Source: Catajapyx aquilonaris (Eukaryota). Taken from it: DNA of 64,000 nucleotides. A model generated the notes under the pieces. The model ran no database searches. It had not been told where the DNA came from and was given only the letters and a program-made list of their open reading frames with translations. Made by a program: the position numbers and the translations under genes. The stretch lies in NCBI GenBank assembly GCA_000934665.2, contig KZ538074.1, positions 1-64,000 of the forward strand, given 5' to 3'. How positions within the stretch are numbered: position 1 is the first letter of the stretch; each line of letters begins with the position of its first letter. Shown piece after piece: positions 25,001 through 38,296 of this stretch.

Positions 25001-28000
25001 GAAGGTCGCTTTTTTGGTCTCTCCCGCCGTTATCGTCACCCGGACCTTTTCCCCTTCTCCACCCACCCTGCCTGTCCCCCCCCTGCCCCCCCCNCCCCCC
25101 ATGTGTGCCCCCCTTCGCCGCGAATGGCTGGTTATTGAAAATTGCCCTTATGCACTGGTGTAGAAATGTAGATCGAAATTGGAACGTTACCATTACTGAT
25201 CAGACTGCTTGGAACTGCCCGCATAGGCCTACCCATGCGGTGCTTTCACTGATGAGAAGTACAGTACACTATCTTCGAGGCACTTCTTTCGGTGTAGTGT
25301 CGGAAACTGACTACCGTCGAATACGTAGAATTGAACGTAAGAAGGCGGGTTGCAAATCTCTGGCGTTCAAATCAGCCTGGAATGTATATTGTTGGCTTTC
25401 CAGTTGTGCCAACTGGCAGGTTGTTTACAGTCAGTAGAGGTTATGGAGTTGGCACAACTGGCAACCAACAATAGAATCCAATTACACTGTACTCCTGATT
25501 ATCCGGGTGCGGATTATCCTTGCATGGCCATAATATAAACATTTAAGTCCGAAAAAATGTGTCCAATTTTTGTCCCACTGCTAGATAGTGTATACTGCAA
25601 ACTTAGCAGTACCAGTGCCAACACTGGTACTACAAAGTTAGCAGTGGTACGAAAATTTCACCCAATATCAATATCAATGTCTTTCCAATGAAAAATATAC
25701 AATACTTTTTCTAGGAGGCAAAGTAAAAATCTATGGTAAGTTTTATTTTTTGGATTAACCAAGCAGCATGCTCTTCGTACAGTAGTACACATCAACAACC
25801 TGTGAATAGCTCTCTTTCCAGGACCATTTTCCGATTATCCGTGTTTCCCAATTATCTGGCAACACCCATGCAGTCATTAGCTTGGATAATAATTGGGAGT
25901 GCAGTGTACCTTGTACAAACATTGGGTAGGCTCAGTTCACCACCTTGAATCACAGCCATCATTGGAACCACAGATGAGAACTGTATTTTCAAATTGCGCA
26001 CCCTTAACCCTTTGACAAGTTTTTGGCAGGTGTTTGGGCTGTTTCTTTCCTTCTTTTTGTTCAAAATTTGATGCAGGAGTGATATTAATGAATAACAACT
26101 TCGCGCCAAAATTAATCATTTAAATTCGTGGTGGTCCTTTTGATTGTAAAATGCCTGGAAAAAATTCATCTCTAGGGTGTCCCGGAAATAAACTTTTTAG
26201 AATCGTCCAGCTCTCAAAAAGTCGATAGGCATAACAAGTTTACTCAACATCAGTCACTATACATTGTTCTTATGGTTGCATAATATTATCACAACCCTGT
26301 ACTATGATAAACTCCCAAGGGTCTAGACTTTACCCTGTACTGAGGGAACATGTTTGCATTTAAACGATCACGTGGGAGTAACGTGACCTTGGCATATACG
26401 ACTCAACTTGGCGGAACAGGGGGGGAATCTGGAGTTGCTATGGTAGTTGCGTCACCATCCAAGAGATGGCAGGAGCATATTGAACCGGGTTTGGCACCGC
26501 AAAGTTCGCCTTCTCTATGCACATCCTCACACGCCAAATTCAAAAACCCTCATGACATCATAATAATTATGATATACTTAGCCGTCAAATGGTTAATATA
26601 AGGAGCGGGGAGGCGGGAGGGAGGTCGATGGGAGGGCAGTATGACGCCGATAATTGTTGGATGAGCATCATTAAGAACATGGCCTACACCGCAGGCCTAG
26701 AAAAGAGAGAGCGAAGCGAGTGGTTTTCTAGGCCTGCGCCCTAGGAAAATGCGAGCGGAGCGAGGGTTTTCCTAGTGGTATATTAATTTTGTAATAACTG
26801 GTTTTCAAAGGGGGGACATTAATATTGTTGACGTATGTCACATGGGATGGGAAATGCCAGAAAGTGAATAAATTTTACGATGATCATTCATATTATAATT
26901 AAGTTCACATTACTTATATACTCACTCTATCTCTCTCCCTCCCTCTCCCTCCTCACTGCCTCTGTAGGGAGATGTGAAGGCCGAGACGGAACACATTAAC
27001 CTCAAAGTTGTTGGACAGGATGGTAGCATCGTGCAGTTTAAGATCAAGAAGCACACGCAGCTTAGGAAATTGATGACCGCATACTGCGACCGTGCTGTAA
27101 GTGATTACTTCTTTTTTTCATTTTCATTTTCAGATGTTATTAAGCCAGATATGCATGAATTATTTTTTTAAATTATTAAATATTTTTCTTTTTATGAGCC
27201 AATGAAAAACTAACACAATAACTACAAGTATGAGGCACATCAAGAAAGTAAGTTCAGTTTTTTATTAGGAAAATACAATGCACCCCCAGAAGTGATATTA
27301 CATACATCTGAAAGCTTCAACTGTCTACTTTTTAGAAAGGGATCCAGCCAAATTGAGGTATTTGTCACAGAGTTACAGAAGATTTGATATGTATATGTCA
27401 TAGCATTTCGCTGTCAGCCATTTCCCCACTGCAACGCCTCGTCATCGTCAAACCTCTGCTTTGCATACCATTTCTTCATGACCATGGACAGGTGGGCTTG
27501 CACCACCTGAGGTGCCTTTTTTTGCACCTGGTGGCTCACATTGCCTGCTTTTAAACTGGACCTTTAAAAAAATTTAACGCACACTCTGTTTTGAAGGTTA
27601 CTCTACCATTAAATAAGGTAAATGTATGCATTCCATAACAGTGCATTGTGGAGGTGCGGTGGCCGAGATGGTAACGTTTCGGCTTGCTGAGTGAAAGGTC
27701 CCAGGTTCGATCCCCGCCTGGGGAGCTTTCCTTTCACCTGCGTCAGGAGGGTCTCTGACCTGCACCTTGGAGGTGTCTGGCAACCTAACCTCCTGCGGAA
27801 CAGCACATGGCCCAGCATCTAAGACATTGCACTTGCTCCCATGTCCCCTCCCCAAAAATCCATATCCTTACCCAATGTCCTTGTTTCTGCACCATGAAGA
27901 AAAAATTCAGAAAATTGGAAAAAAGAAATGGTGGTGTTCCACCCCACTATAGACCCGTAAGGCGCCCATGTCGGAGTGAGTCTCGGTGAATCTTTGATGC

Positions 28001-29601
28001 AGAGTATTGTAAGGAGGGCATTCTTAACTCATGAGCATGCTGCCCTGTTGCCTGGGGGCCCCACGAGTGTAGGGGGCCCCATGCTAATGTTGTGACTATA
28101 ATTGCTGGCAATGAGTAAATACTAGGCTATACTGTACCAAAGTATGTGATGTACCAGTGATGTCGTACTAGTACTGGTGGCCCATGGAGCATGGATAGTA
28201 CACAAACAGTGATCAAGAATGACCTCATTCGTGAACCGTGAGCATTTTTACTTCCCTAAAATTATGGGTACTGTACTGCAATTCTGCACCTGAGATCACA
28301 TCGAAATTGCATGATTTGCGTCAGGTGTGCAATGTGACATATCATTGTCCGAAAGCTGCCCGCGCATCCTGTCTCGTTGCAACAAATCGAGGCGACGTCG
28401 CACCTTCATTGCATAATTTGGGTGCGGGTTTCACATAAATTTTTTTCAAAAAAATTGATGACTATGATTTGACACTCACTGCCTGATCTGAAATGGAACC
28501 ACCTGTAGACAGTTGAAGCTTTCAGAGGTATGTAATGTGACTTCTCGGGGTGCGTTGTAGTTTTTATAATAAAAAGCGGAACTTACTTTCTGGATGAGCC
28601 GCGTACATAACTAACAACTGTTACAAATTTATATATTTCTAAATTGTAATTTCTAAACTCAAAATTTGTAATTCCTGAAGTGTACTCTGTAGCGGACAAT
28701 ACGAATACATGGGTTAAAAACCTGCTTTTGACCTGATCGTCTCTACAGAATATCCAGGGTCTGTGTATCACAGTAATGGGGTTTCATTCAAGAATTAGTT
28801 GTTGAAATTAGTGAATATGGGCATGGCACTCTGAAGTGGTAATGATTTGCCAGGAGACAAACCAAGGACAAGGGGTTCTTTATAGAACAGTTGAGCCAGA
28901 TGGATTTGGATGAGACTTGGGTCAGTTGATAGACCTTGACCTTAGGGTCAATTGTTCTGAAGGACAAAGAAAATCTACCGTGCTGCTAGAGGCGCTCAGA
29001 GTGATCAGTTCAGGTGGTTCCTATTTTGCTCATCTTCACATATGTTGCTGAGTCGAATGAGCCATATGTTGATGTTCTGTGACAAACCATTTGACCGCAA
29101 GACTCACAAACGAGTTCAACATCGGACCTAGTAGTGGGATTATAAGTGCTGCATAACAATAACTTCCTAAGGGTTTGTCACAGAAAATCGCCACATGGTT
29201 CATTCGACACAGCTCATGAAACTCTACAACATATGTGAAAATGAGTCCTATAGGAGCCACCTGAAATTCCGACTTTGAGCACCTCCAGCGGCCAAACGGC
29301 ATGGTATATTTTTTTCATGTTTCAGAACAATTGACCCTAAGGTCAAGGCCTATCAACTGAACAAGTTTCAGCCAAATCCATATGGCTCAACTGGTTTAGC
29401 CTGCTCTGTAATTCATGGAATGTAATGGAGTTCCCAGGTAATAATCTCATGCCAAATTTCCAGGGTTTGTCCATGGCCACAGTACGCTTCCGTTTTGATG
29501 GTCAGCCCATATCTGATACTGACAGCCCGGATTCCCTGGACATGGAAGAAGGGGATACCATAGAAGTGTTTCAACAGCAAACTGGTGGACAGGAGTGTTA
29601 A
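22067..29601 (+). CDS. SUMO: Small ubiquitin-like modifier (SUMO2/3-, Smt3-like), 94 aa precursor, 3 coding exons
   Basis: [94 protein letters not shown]; both introns GT-AG, phase 0; C-terminal QQQTGG motif. Confidence 0.95.
22858..24097. repeat. Nested inverted repeats in SUMO intron 1
   Basis: Inner arms about 22942-23240 and 23325-23634; second palindrome about 23795-24096; outer motif ccagYcccMcgcaactc...atacggta. Confidence 0.85.
26968..27096 (+). CDS. SUMO: SUMO exon 2
   Basis: Long pyrimidine tract plus tgtag|GGA...GCT|gtaagt; encodes [11 protein letters not shown]. Confidence 0.95.
27231..28603. mobile_element. mariner-type non-autonomous element carrying a nested SINE (27650-27990)
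   Basis: TA-flanked TIRs of about 100 bp (aagaaagtaagttc...gaaagcttcaactgtctac); SINE head ggtggccgagatggt...ggttcgatccc. Confidence 0.75.
28888..29393. mobile_element. MITE with TIRs of about 70 bp, just upstream of SUMO exon 3
   Basis: cagttgagccagatggatttgg...ccttgaccttagggtcaattgttctgaa and its reverse complement. Confidence 0.75.
29464..29601 (+). CDS. SUMO: SUMO exon 3
   Basis: ttccag|GGT...RFRFDGQPI...[18 protein letters not shown] signals near 29966 and 30006. Confidence 0.95.
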   Translation, partial: GLSMATVRFRFDGQPISDTDSPDSLDMEEGDTIEVFQQQTGGQEC

Positions 29602-30796
29602 TCTCATGGCCATACTCCTGAGTGACCTTGCTGATCATAGGCTACTTTTGGACATCTGGTGTTGGAAAGAAAGGCAGCAAGGATCCAGTTTTTTTTGTCA
29701 TTGTTTTTTTTTTTAAGAATCCCTTTCCAGTGTCACGTTTTTTGTGTGTGTGTCAGTTTCTTTTGAGAGTTGAATCAGTGCTAAGGGACCATACACATTA
29801 TGTCATCACATTTTTGACATTTTTGAAACACACCCACCTCATCATACTTCGTCATCACTTGGCTGCCCCCCCAATCATCTTTGGTCATCAGAGAGCAAAC
29901 CTCTCTCTCTTTCCCTCCCCCCCCCCACCCCCTTTTCGATGATGACATAACATGTGTACGGCCCCTAATAAACAGAAACTGAGCACATAAAAGGTTAACA
30001 TTTGTCAATAAAACTTGAGTTCTCCATTCGTTAGTACTGTAGTGCATTTGAAATAATAGTACATGAACTGCATCGAGATTTCCTCCCACCAAGAGGCTTC
30101 CTGGAGGGGTGGCTCTGTTTTAAGAGTTTTGGGTTGGACTGGCCCTTGATCCCCTCGTGCCTACAAGTGGATGTCCATGGATCACTGATCAACCGAATGC
30201 TTTCTCTCTGGTGACATCACAAATTGCACAGTTTTCATATACCATTTTATGCCCATTCTGATTTAAATATGCCATATTCCCTGAAGAAATAATATTGAAA
30301 TAAACACAATAAAAATTTGATGGTAAAGTGAAAATAAACACAATTTAGGTGTTGACATGGGAAGGGGGCGTAAGTCACAAATGAAATTTCTTACGGAGGC
30401 TAGGCGGGGGGAAAAAACATGTTTTTTTTTTTTGTTTTTTTTTTTAGAACACTGAAGCACATTTTTTATTAAACAAAATATTGTGACTTACGCCCCTTTC
30501 CCTGTCAATGCCTCAATTATCCATTACAGCTGTACTTTCAGAAATAACAAGAAAGGGCGAAAATACCATTTGTCTGAACATGGCGAAATGCATATTTTAA
30601 GGTGACATCACCCACTAGCAGGTTTTGGTGAAAGGACAAATGTGTACATTGAACAGTGCACCTGTACGAGAAAGGGATCATACAGGGATCTATGATTTGT
30701 GAGGACTATTTTCAATTTATTTTTACCTGTCCTGTAAGATTTCTAAAATGGTCTATTCGTCCTTTCTCCTAATTTCCGGTAATATAATATGTGTTT

Positions 30797-31110
30797 ACCG
30801 AAGCAGTGGTAGCGGAGGGGATATGGTATCCGACTGCTAATCGGGAGGTCCTGGGTTCGAACCCCGGGGGCCGCCGACCCTGACCATGGTTTTCTGTGGT
30901 TTTCCATGGTCCCACCAGGACAATTCCGGGGTCGTGTCCGTAATTATGGGCCACAGCCGCTTCCTTCCGTCCCTATCCCATCCCCAATAAGGAAGAAGTA
31001 AGAATGCAAGAAAGAGTTCCAGACAGAAAAAAATATGGTGGTATCCCACCCCCCTAGGAGAGACCATGGCTCTAGCACGGGGTACAAATTATTATTGTTA
31101 TTATTATATT
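30797..31110 (+). mobile_element. SINE (family A head, family B tail)
   Basis: TSD atataatatgtgttt at 30782 and 31111; ccgactgctaatcgg...ggttcgaaccc. Confidence 0.9.
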
Positions 31111-31183
31111 ATATAATATGTGTTTAGGTTGTACCACATTTAATTCCCAAGTGAGTTGCTGGGTATAAAAGGTAATTATTGAA

Positions 31184-31936
31184 CAGTAAAACTTCTATAA
31201 GTCGAAGAAAATGATGAGCTTGGTTGGTCACAATGTAAAATAATAGGAAATAAACTGCCCTAACTCGAAGTTCTCCGTAACTCGAAGTGCAGGCAGGGCC
31301 TTACGATGGGATATCAATGCATTTTCAGTCTCCCTAAGTCCAAGTTCATGTTGGCGAGTACGGAAAATTGTCTCCTTTCCCAGCCAAAGGGTCGAGAGTT
31401 AGGCCACATGATTGTACAGAAAGGCACAATTTCCTGATCTCCGTCTACCAGACCTGCACCTTGGAGGTGTCTGGCAATCTAACCTCCTGGGGAACAGCAC
31501 ATGACCCCTTTACCGACATTGCACTTGCACCCATGTTCCCTCCCCAAAAATCCCTGTCCTTACCCCATGTCCTTTCATCCTTGCACCGGAGTTAGAAGAA
31601 AAAGCAGAAAATTGCAGGAAAAATGGTGGTATTCCACTCCCCTATAAGGGCCTATGGCCCTATCACAGGGTAACGTAAAAAAATATAAATAAATAAATAA
31701 ATAATAATCTAAGAGGAGACAAATGTCCATAATTGTTTTGTTTTTTTTTTACAACAAAACAACTAGGAACATTGTAAGTGTGATAGTGACAGTTATTTTT
31801 AAGTTTTGAGCACGTTTCATCGCTGGATATAAAAGGTAGGCTTCCTTATTGAGTTGTGCACTTCAAAAATTCCAAACTTCTCTAACTCGAAGTTTTTCCT
31901 GGTTCCATGGAGATTCGACTTATAGAAGTTTTACTG
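31184..31936. mobile_element. pogo/Tigger-type MITE with a nested SINE fragment
   Basis: CAGTAAAACTTCTATAAGTCGAA TIRs. Confidence 0.8.
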
Positions 31937-31957
31937 TGTTATAAAATAATGTAAGCT

Positions 31958-32695
31958 TAGTAAGGGAGATCGGGGTCGATTGTAACACTGTGTCTTAAGG
32001 CGAAAATGTAATATGGAAGAACAATTTACACCCACTCATCTTCTTGACAATTGTCTCATAGCCTACTTAATCCACATAAATTACCGTACTCTTTATCTCT
32101 CAATACACTAGAATTTATTCTGCATATAAGTATTACAAGAAAATTGATTTTTTATTCATATAAATTTTCGACAAGCTGGTTATAAGAAGCTTTGTTGCAC
32201 AAAATAATAACTATTTCTAATCTCAATATCCTGTGAGATATGTAGCTGTAACATCGGTACACAGACTTGACCTTTCTCTCATGATTTTACAATGTTACAA
32301 CGGACTCCAAGGAAGTTGTTACAACTGTCCCCATTGTGTGTTGTCTTGTAGATATGCTTACTACTATTTAACTGTGCACATGATTTGGTCATCCATACCG
32401 TTGGTGTGACCCCACTAAAGGAAGCTTTCTCATGATACCAAGGGCAATTCAATAACACCTTTACCCTCCGCATAATCACTTGATTACTGCCACTCACAAA
32501 AGTTGGGAACATACCTTGATTTTGGTTTTTTTCATATAGAAAAACCAAAAAGGCGTATCCAAAGTTTTGCCTGGCTTAGTGACAGGCCATAGTGACACGT
32601 GCTGTGTGAGTTTCAGCTTCAGGGCCTTCCAAACGTATTTGTTATTAGTGATGTTACACCCGTACCCTGTTAAAACTTACCCTGACCTCCCTTAC
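31958..32695. mobile_element. Interspersed DNA-element repeat (copy at about 57571-58190)
   Basis: agtaagggagatcggggtc start and about 400 bp of shared internal sequence. Confidence 0.7.
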
Positions 32696-33468
32696 TATAT
32701 AAATGAGTATTTTTAAAATTAGTGCAGTGGAGGGTGAAGGATAATTTTTTGATGTTTGCTTCTGTCTTATAGTTGGTCTTACAGTTTTTAATGTAAAAAT
32801 TATTGTTTGTCTTGTGACAATGGATTTCCCTTCTCAAGTTATTTAGCATTAAGCCTGTTTCACAAATTGATGTCGCGGCATTTGTTACGCGCGACAGGAA
32901 TTTTCTCACGCCTCTCGTGATGGCATTTTTTGTCTCATGCAGCAAATCGCGGTGTCCAAGGCAAGATCTGGCTGACTTGAAAGCTTGTCGCTCTGCCGCT
33001 TGGTTGGTGGCAGCAAATATGACGTGTGAGAAAATTCCTGTCTCACGTTACAAATGCCGTGATCTGCAGCCAGAGATTATTTTCAAATCATTCACAATGT
33101 TTCAAACTGCAACGTTAGAATTGAACCAGTTGTTCGAATTAACACTGCCTTGTTGCTTCTTGAGTTTCAACGCGTGTGACGAATGATAATGGCAAGTCAG
33201 AAAATGCCTCTGCATGTAAATAAATCACCACTAATAATACAGTAATAGCAAAACGAAAGATGGGAATGTGTGAGTATGACGATTTTTTGTGTTTTTCTCA
33301 GAAGCTGGTTCATTCTTGTTGAATAAGAAAATGGTTCCCAACAAATGTAGCGACTGGACGCCATTGCATGATATATTTCGTGTACCCCCTCAATTCTGTT
33401 TGCGTACGCCAGTTTGTAAACCATTAGAATCTAATGAATGCCTGGAATGCCCTCTTCAAAATTATATA

Positions 33469-34950
33469 CGAGGGCGAATCAAGAAGTAATTGACAACTTT
33501 ATTAATTCCGAAGCTTCACTACAGAAAACGGAAACTGGCATATAGGCCTACAAGGGGCGTTCCTAAAGTTCGCGACTTTTTCATGAAGGAGTTTGATATT
33601 CGATATAAAAATGGGGCACCAAATAGATGCATTCTTGGGCTGATCATAGGATATTTCACCATCCCTATATGAATCATATAAAAGGGAGGAAAAAATTGAG
33701 CGTAGTGCAAAGTGCAGTGAGTCTTCTGCACGGACAACACTGAGCATCATTCTGTCATCAAATATCTCACTTTGAAGAGGATGAGCACTGTGGATATTTA
33801 TAAGGACATGCCAGAGTTAATGAGGGGCTGTTGTCCATCATACCCAATGGTTACAATAAGATAGTATGCTTCAAGTGTGGGAAAGAAGAGCACGAAATAT
33901 GACCCCCACTCAGGAAGGCCAGCGATTGCTGTGACTGAGGGAAACATCTCTGCTGTGGAGACCATGGTAATGGGAGACAGGCAGTTGACTGTGTGGTACT
34001 ATATTGCTCTACATAGCAGATGTCTTGGCCATCAGTTTGGCTGTGGTGGATATCATCCTTCATCAACACCTTCGCCCCAGCTAGGTCTCCTTTTATTGGG
34101 TACCTCACAGTTTGCTACTCAAGCTGAGCTGTCACAGACCAACTGGTTCCCCCCCCCCCCCCCCCCCNNNNNNNNNNNNNNNNNNNNNNNNNNNNNNNNN
34201 NNNNNNNNNNNNNNNNNNNNNNNNNNNNNNNNNNNNNNNNNNNNNNNNNNNNNNNNNNNNNNNNNNNNNNNNNNNNNNNNNNNNNNNNNNNNNNNNNNNN
34301 NNNGGGGGGGGGGGGGAGACTGGATATAAAAATGGAAGAAACTCGAGACAAAGCTTAAGGAGACTATATTTGAAATTAAAATATTATTGTTTGCCTACCT
34401 CTTGTTTTTCAAGGAAAAGTCGCGAACTTTATGATGCCCCTTGTACATACATATGAAGGCAAGTCTTTCTCTAATTTTAGACTTAGTCACCATACAGAAA
34501 ACAGGGCCAGGCTGGCTGGGAAACCAGTGATGGCAGAGACTTAATCCATGTTGCTGAAGTGCTGGTCGGGCAGGTGCCTCTTTATTGGTATAAAATGATG
34601 GTCGACCATCATCTTAACCATGGTCTACCATATCTTGGACCAAAAATGAAGCACTGGCCTGTCAAGACCTCAGCAACATCGAAGAAGTGTAAGAGGCCAC
34701 CTGCCGAGCTAGCCTGACACTCTTTTTGCCCTCGGGCATGGAAAAACTAGTGGGACAAGTGTATCAATGTATATGGTGACTCCCCCCCCAAGGCTTGTAT
34801 GGCCCATCGGGGTATGGTAATAAGTATATATGGTGACTATGTCTACAACAAGAGAAAGACTTGCCCTTTCATGTGTATGTGCCAGTTTCAGTTTCTGTAG
34901 TGAAGCTTCGGAATTGAAAAAGTTGTCAATTACTTTTCAATTCGCCCTCA
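33469..34950 (+). pseudogene. Decayed mariner element spanning the assembly gap
   Basis: TA|CGAGGGCGAAT...ATTCGCCCTCA|TA TIRs; DPHSGRPAIAVTEGNISAVETMVMGDRQLT remnant. Confidence 0.78.
34168..34303. other. Assembly gap (N run) between poly-C and poly-G
   Basis: Run of n characters. Confidence 0.99.
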
Positions 34951-35684
34951 TATTTACTTTCCTGTGACATAGTTATTTCCTTCCATCGGCTTAGGGCTTG
35001 GGGTTATGGGAGAGGCACCAAGGGCAAACAGAGCCTCAACTAATGCATTGGAGTTGTATACCAAAGAAGCAATCAGAATAGAAACCCCATAAGTCACATT
35101 TTTTGTGAAATTGAGTTAAGGCCGGAAATGGACGTACAATCTGTCTCAATAGGTTTCGGCCACTTTATCCTGGTCTTGAAGCAACCCTTCGCACAGGCCC
35201 CATGGTGAGAAGGTGTGTGTGTGTGAAGGGTTGCTTCAAGACCAGGATAAAGTGGCCAAAACTTATTGAGACAGATTGTATATACAACATCCTTACCTAT
35301 CGCATATGTGCAGAAACCCACAAGAACGTGAGGGGAAAGCCTGGACAACGACACAGTGAGTTGAGAAACCCCTTTGGCCCACTCCACATGCACTTGACTG
35401 GACCCATGGCGAGAAGGGGCCAGATGGGACTGAATGGTGGGACTTGGGAGGACAAGTAAAGGGTGTCATTCTGTCATGGAAATAAAGCCCAAGTTGATAA
35501 AATAGTATATAGCATTATTTTGGGTCTTTATTTATTTTATCCCTTCAAGGGTGATGAAAGCAGAAACCATGTAAGTCCAGGAATTTTAACAAAACACTAC
35601 AGACACCCATTGTCACTTAATCTTTTAAAACCAGGATGAAAGCATTGCCCTTGCATGTGTGTTATGTAAATATATATACTGATA

Positions 35685-35695
<11 letters not shown>

Positions 35696-35763
<68 letters not shown>
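35696..35763. repeat. (TA)n microsatellite
   Basis: Read directly from the sequence. Confidence 0.95.
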
Positions 35764-35766
<3 letters not shown>

Positions 35767-35947
35767 TCAGTGGTATTGTGAACTTATATCTCCTGAAAAT
35801 TTACTTCTACGGACTTATGGGGTTTCTGATCTCATTGCTTTGCCCTTCAGGTGTGTCTTTCTTGGGAAAAGAAAGAAGTTGCAGGGCTTACCCCCTCAGG
35901 TCCACCTAATTCATGATTACTTGTAATGTTTCTATACTTTATGTATA

Positions 35948-36646
35948 CAGGGTGTTCCGCTTAGAGCTATAATAAAAGAAAAATTCATAACTTACAAAGT
36001 ACTAGTTGTAATGACATGTGTGCCAGTACAAAGAGCAGATCTTAAATATTTTTTTACATATCTAATACACTTAATAAACTGTGTTAATAAGGACAGGATT
36101 CTCCAAAATGCAATGATTGGTGTGGGATCATGAAGGGCAAAATAATAGGTCCCTTTTTTTTCTCGGAGCCCATGGTAACTGGATCATGCCTGGACATGTT
36201 AATTATAGCAATGCACTGTGCTTCAGCTTCCTCAAGGAACAATTTTTCAACGAGATGGGGCCTCCGCTCACTTGCACATTCTTGGATGACCACTGCAGGA
36301 TGGATTGGGATATGATCAATGTTCATTGCACGGCCCCCCAAATGACCAGACCTAACCACCTGCCTTTTTCCTATGACAGGTGTTAAAGACAGGTGTACGC
36401 TACACAGGTGCATAATCTGGAAAACTTGCAGGACAAAATTTGCACTCCAATCAAAAACATGGGTAGAGGCAGACTTCTGGTTGGACATTTGCTGCGCTAC
36501 CAATGGAGCTCATGTTGAAGTGTATTAGACATGTAAAAAAAAATTCAGATCTGCTCTTTGCACTGGCCCACACCTTCTGTCATTACAACTTGTACTTTGT
36601 AAGTTATGAATTTTTCTTTTGTTATAGCTCTAAGCAGCACACCCTG
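35948..36646. mobile_element. Tc1/mariner-type non-autonomous element
   Basis: TA|CAGGGTG...CACCCTG|TA with TIRs of about 100 bp; KIIGPFFFSE remnant. Confidence 0.8.
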
Positions 36647-36789
36647 TATTATTAGGTAACCCTTGGATGGTATAAGGTGTACACGCAATGCATAACTGCG
36701 TATATCCACACATTTTGCTTTTTCTCTGCTGGATATATGCCGCATGCCCTTGTAACCCCTCCTCGACACCCCTGTTGCGGTCCTGTGTG

Positions 36790-37432
36790 TAATACCTACA
36801 AACGTAATACTGACAGGCGAAATACCTAAGAGACAAAATACAGACACCGCCGAAATACCAAATAGAAGAAATACCTATACCGGCACATAACAAAATAATG
36901 CATACCCATTTGAATCATTTGTGAATTTGTTAGTATAGGGTTGGAAGAAAATTCTATAATTTGGGGTTCATTTCCAGGGTAGAAAAATGCATATTTGATT
37001 GTAGGAGATAATTAGTATCAGACAAACCTAGGGCATTAGAGAAAGAGGACCTGTAGTTATATTCTGGTTTAATCATTCATACATGATACCAGGTTAGTAA
37101 GTGTATATAAGAATGATAATATCAATGAAATTGATGTTTATTCAGTATTGGGCGATGGCAAGGCGACGGCATTGTAGGCCTATGCATGGTATGGTCAGAG
37201 AACTGAGGAAGCGGAATTTTTTCTTATAGGTATATCGGTGGTGTCGGTATTGTTTGGAGTAGGTATTTCGGCGGTGTCGGTATGTTTTCAAATTGGTATT
37301 TTGGACGGTGTCGGTATTTATCAGATTTGGTATTTCGGCAGTGTAGTTATTTATTTCTTTGGATATTTCGGCGGTGTCAGTATTTTTTCGTTTCGGTATT
37401 TCAGCGGTCGGTATTTTGGGATGTCGGGATCA
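36790..37432. mobile_element. MITE with arrays of CGAAATACC subterminal repeats
   Basis: cgaaatacc repeats on the left, ggtatttcg repeats on the right. Confidence 0.6.
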
Positions 37433-37591
37433 TGGATTTGGATATTATGTACCAGACTTCCCCTGTTGATACTATACCTAAACTAAGATTCAAAACTTTG
37501 TTCATATCTATTCCAAGCTAATGCTGCAGATAAAAACAAAAATCACTACATGCTACTGCTGCTAATGGGCATGGGTTTCAGGTTCAATAAA

Positions 37592-38037
37592 CAGTAGAAC
37601 CCCTATTATCCGACCTCTGAATATCTGTCTCATTGGCATATCAGACTATCTAGCTCCCCCACTCCAGTATATAGAACGGCATCCTACTTCAACAACTATG
37701 GTCATTTTTTGTGGTTAAAGAAGTGCACAGACTTAGCAACCCAGGCTAGAAAAATGTAGCAGACTCTTTTCACCAGCAATAAATCTGTTATCTCATCAAA
37801 TACTGTACTGTACTAAATACTGTATGTATTTTGTCTTGTGTTGCCATAATTAAATTGTAAATACAGTGCAGTAAACGGCATGTGAAATATAAAACACTCC
37901 ACTACTTCTTAGAAAACCATAACACAGTATTTCACGTATTTGCATATTTTGTTGTTTTTGCTTATTTTTTATCTGACCTTTTTTGTGTTCTGGCTATGTC
38001 TCAGTCCCGCGGGTGATGGATAATCGGGGGTCTACTG
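37592..38037. mobile_element. pogo-type MITE (relatives at about 25485-25906 and 45502-45858)
   Basis: CAGTAGAACCCCTATTATCC / GGATAATCGGGGGTCTACTG. Confidence 0.7.
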
Positions 38038-38296
38038 TAGCTGTATTGAGATAAAAATTTAGCAACAGGTTTTATTAAAACATCATCAGATGCACAGGAT
38101 AACTGTAAATAATCTCTTTTTCTGATGTAGTTATTCACAGTTGCAGCCTCTTAGGGGATCCTCTTTTCAATACCTGCCCTTATTCACTGACTGCACCATG
38201 GTGGACTGCACTGTGATCAACTTTTTTTTCCATGGGAGGAAAAACAAGAACCCCAAGAAAACCTAATTAATTAAATATTGTATTAATTTCAATATA

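Noticed and set aside
25249..25320. Hammerhead ribozyme or C/D snoRNA (CTGATGA...CTGA)
   Set aside because: The GAAA core is replaced by GAGG; the C box is imperfect, the terminal stem weak, and no rRNA guide was recognised
27650..27725. tRNA gene (likewise heads at 6384, 10983, 15337, 30797, 62141)
   Set aside because: Acceptor stems do not close and the heads run into SINE bodies, most with tails and TSDs
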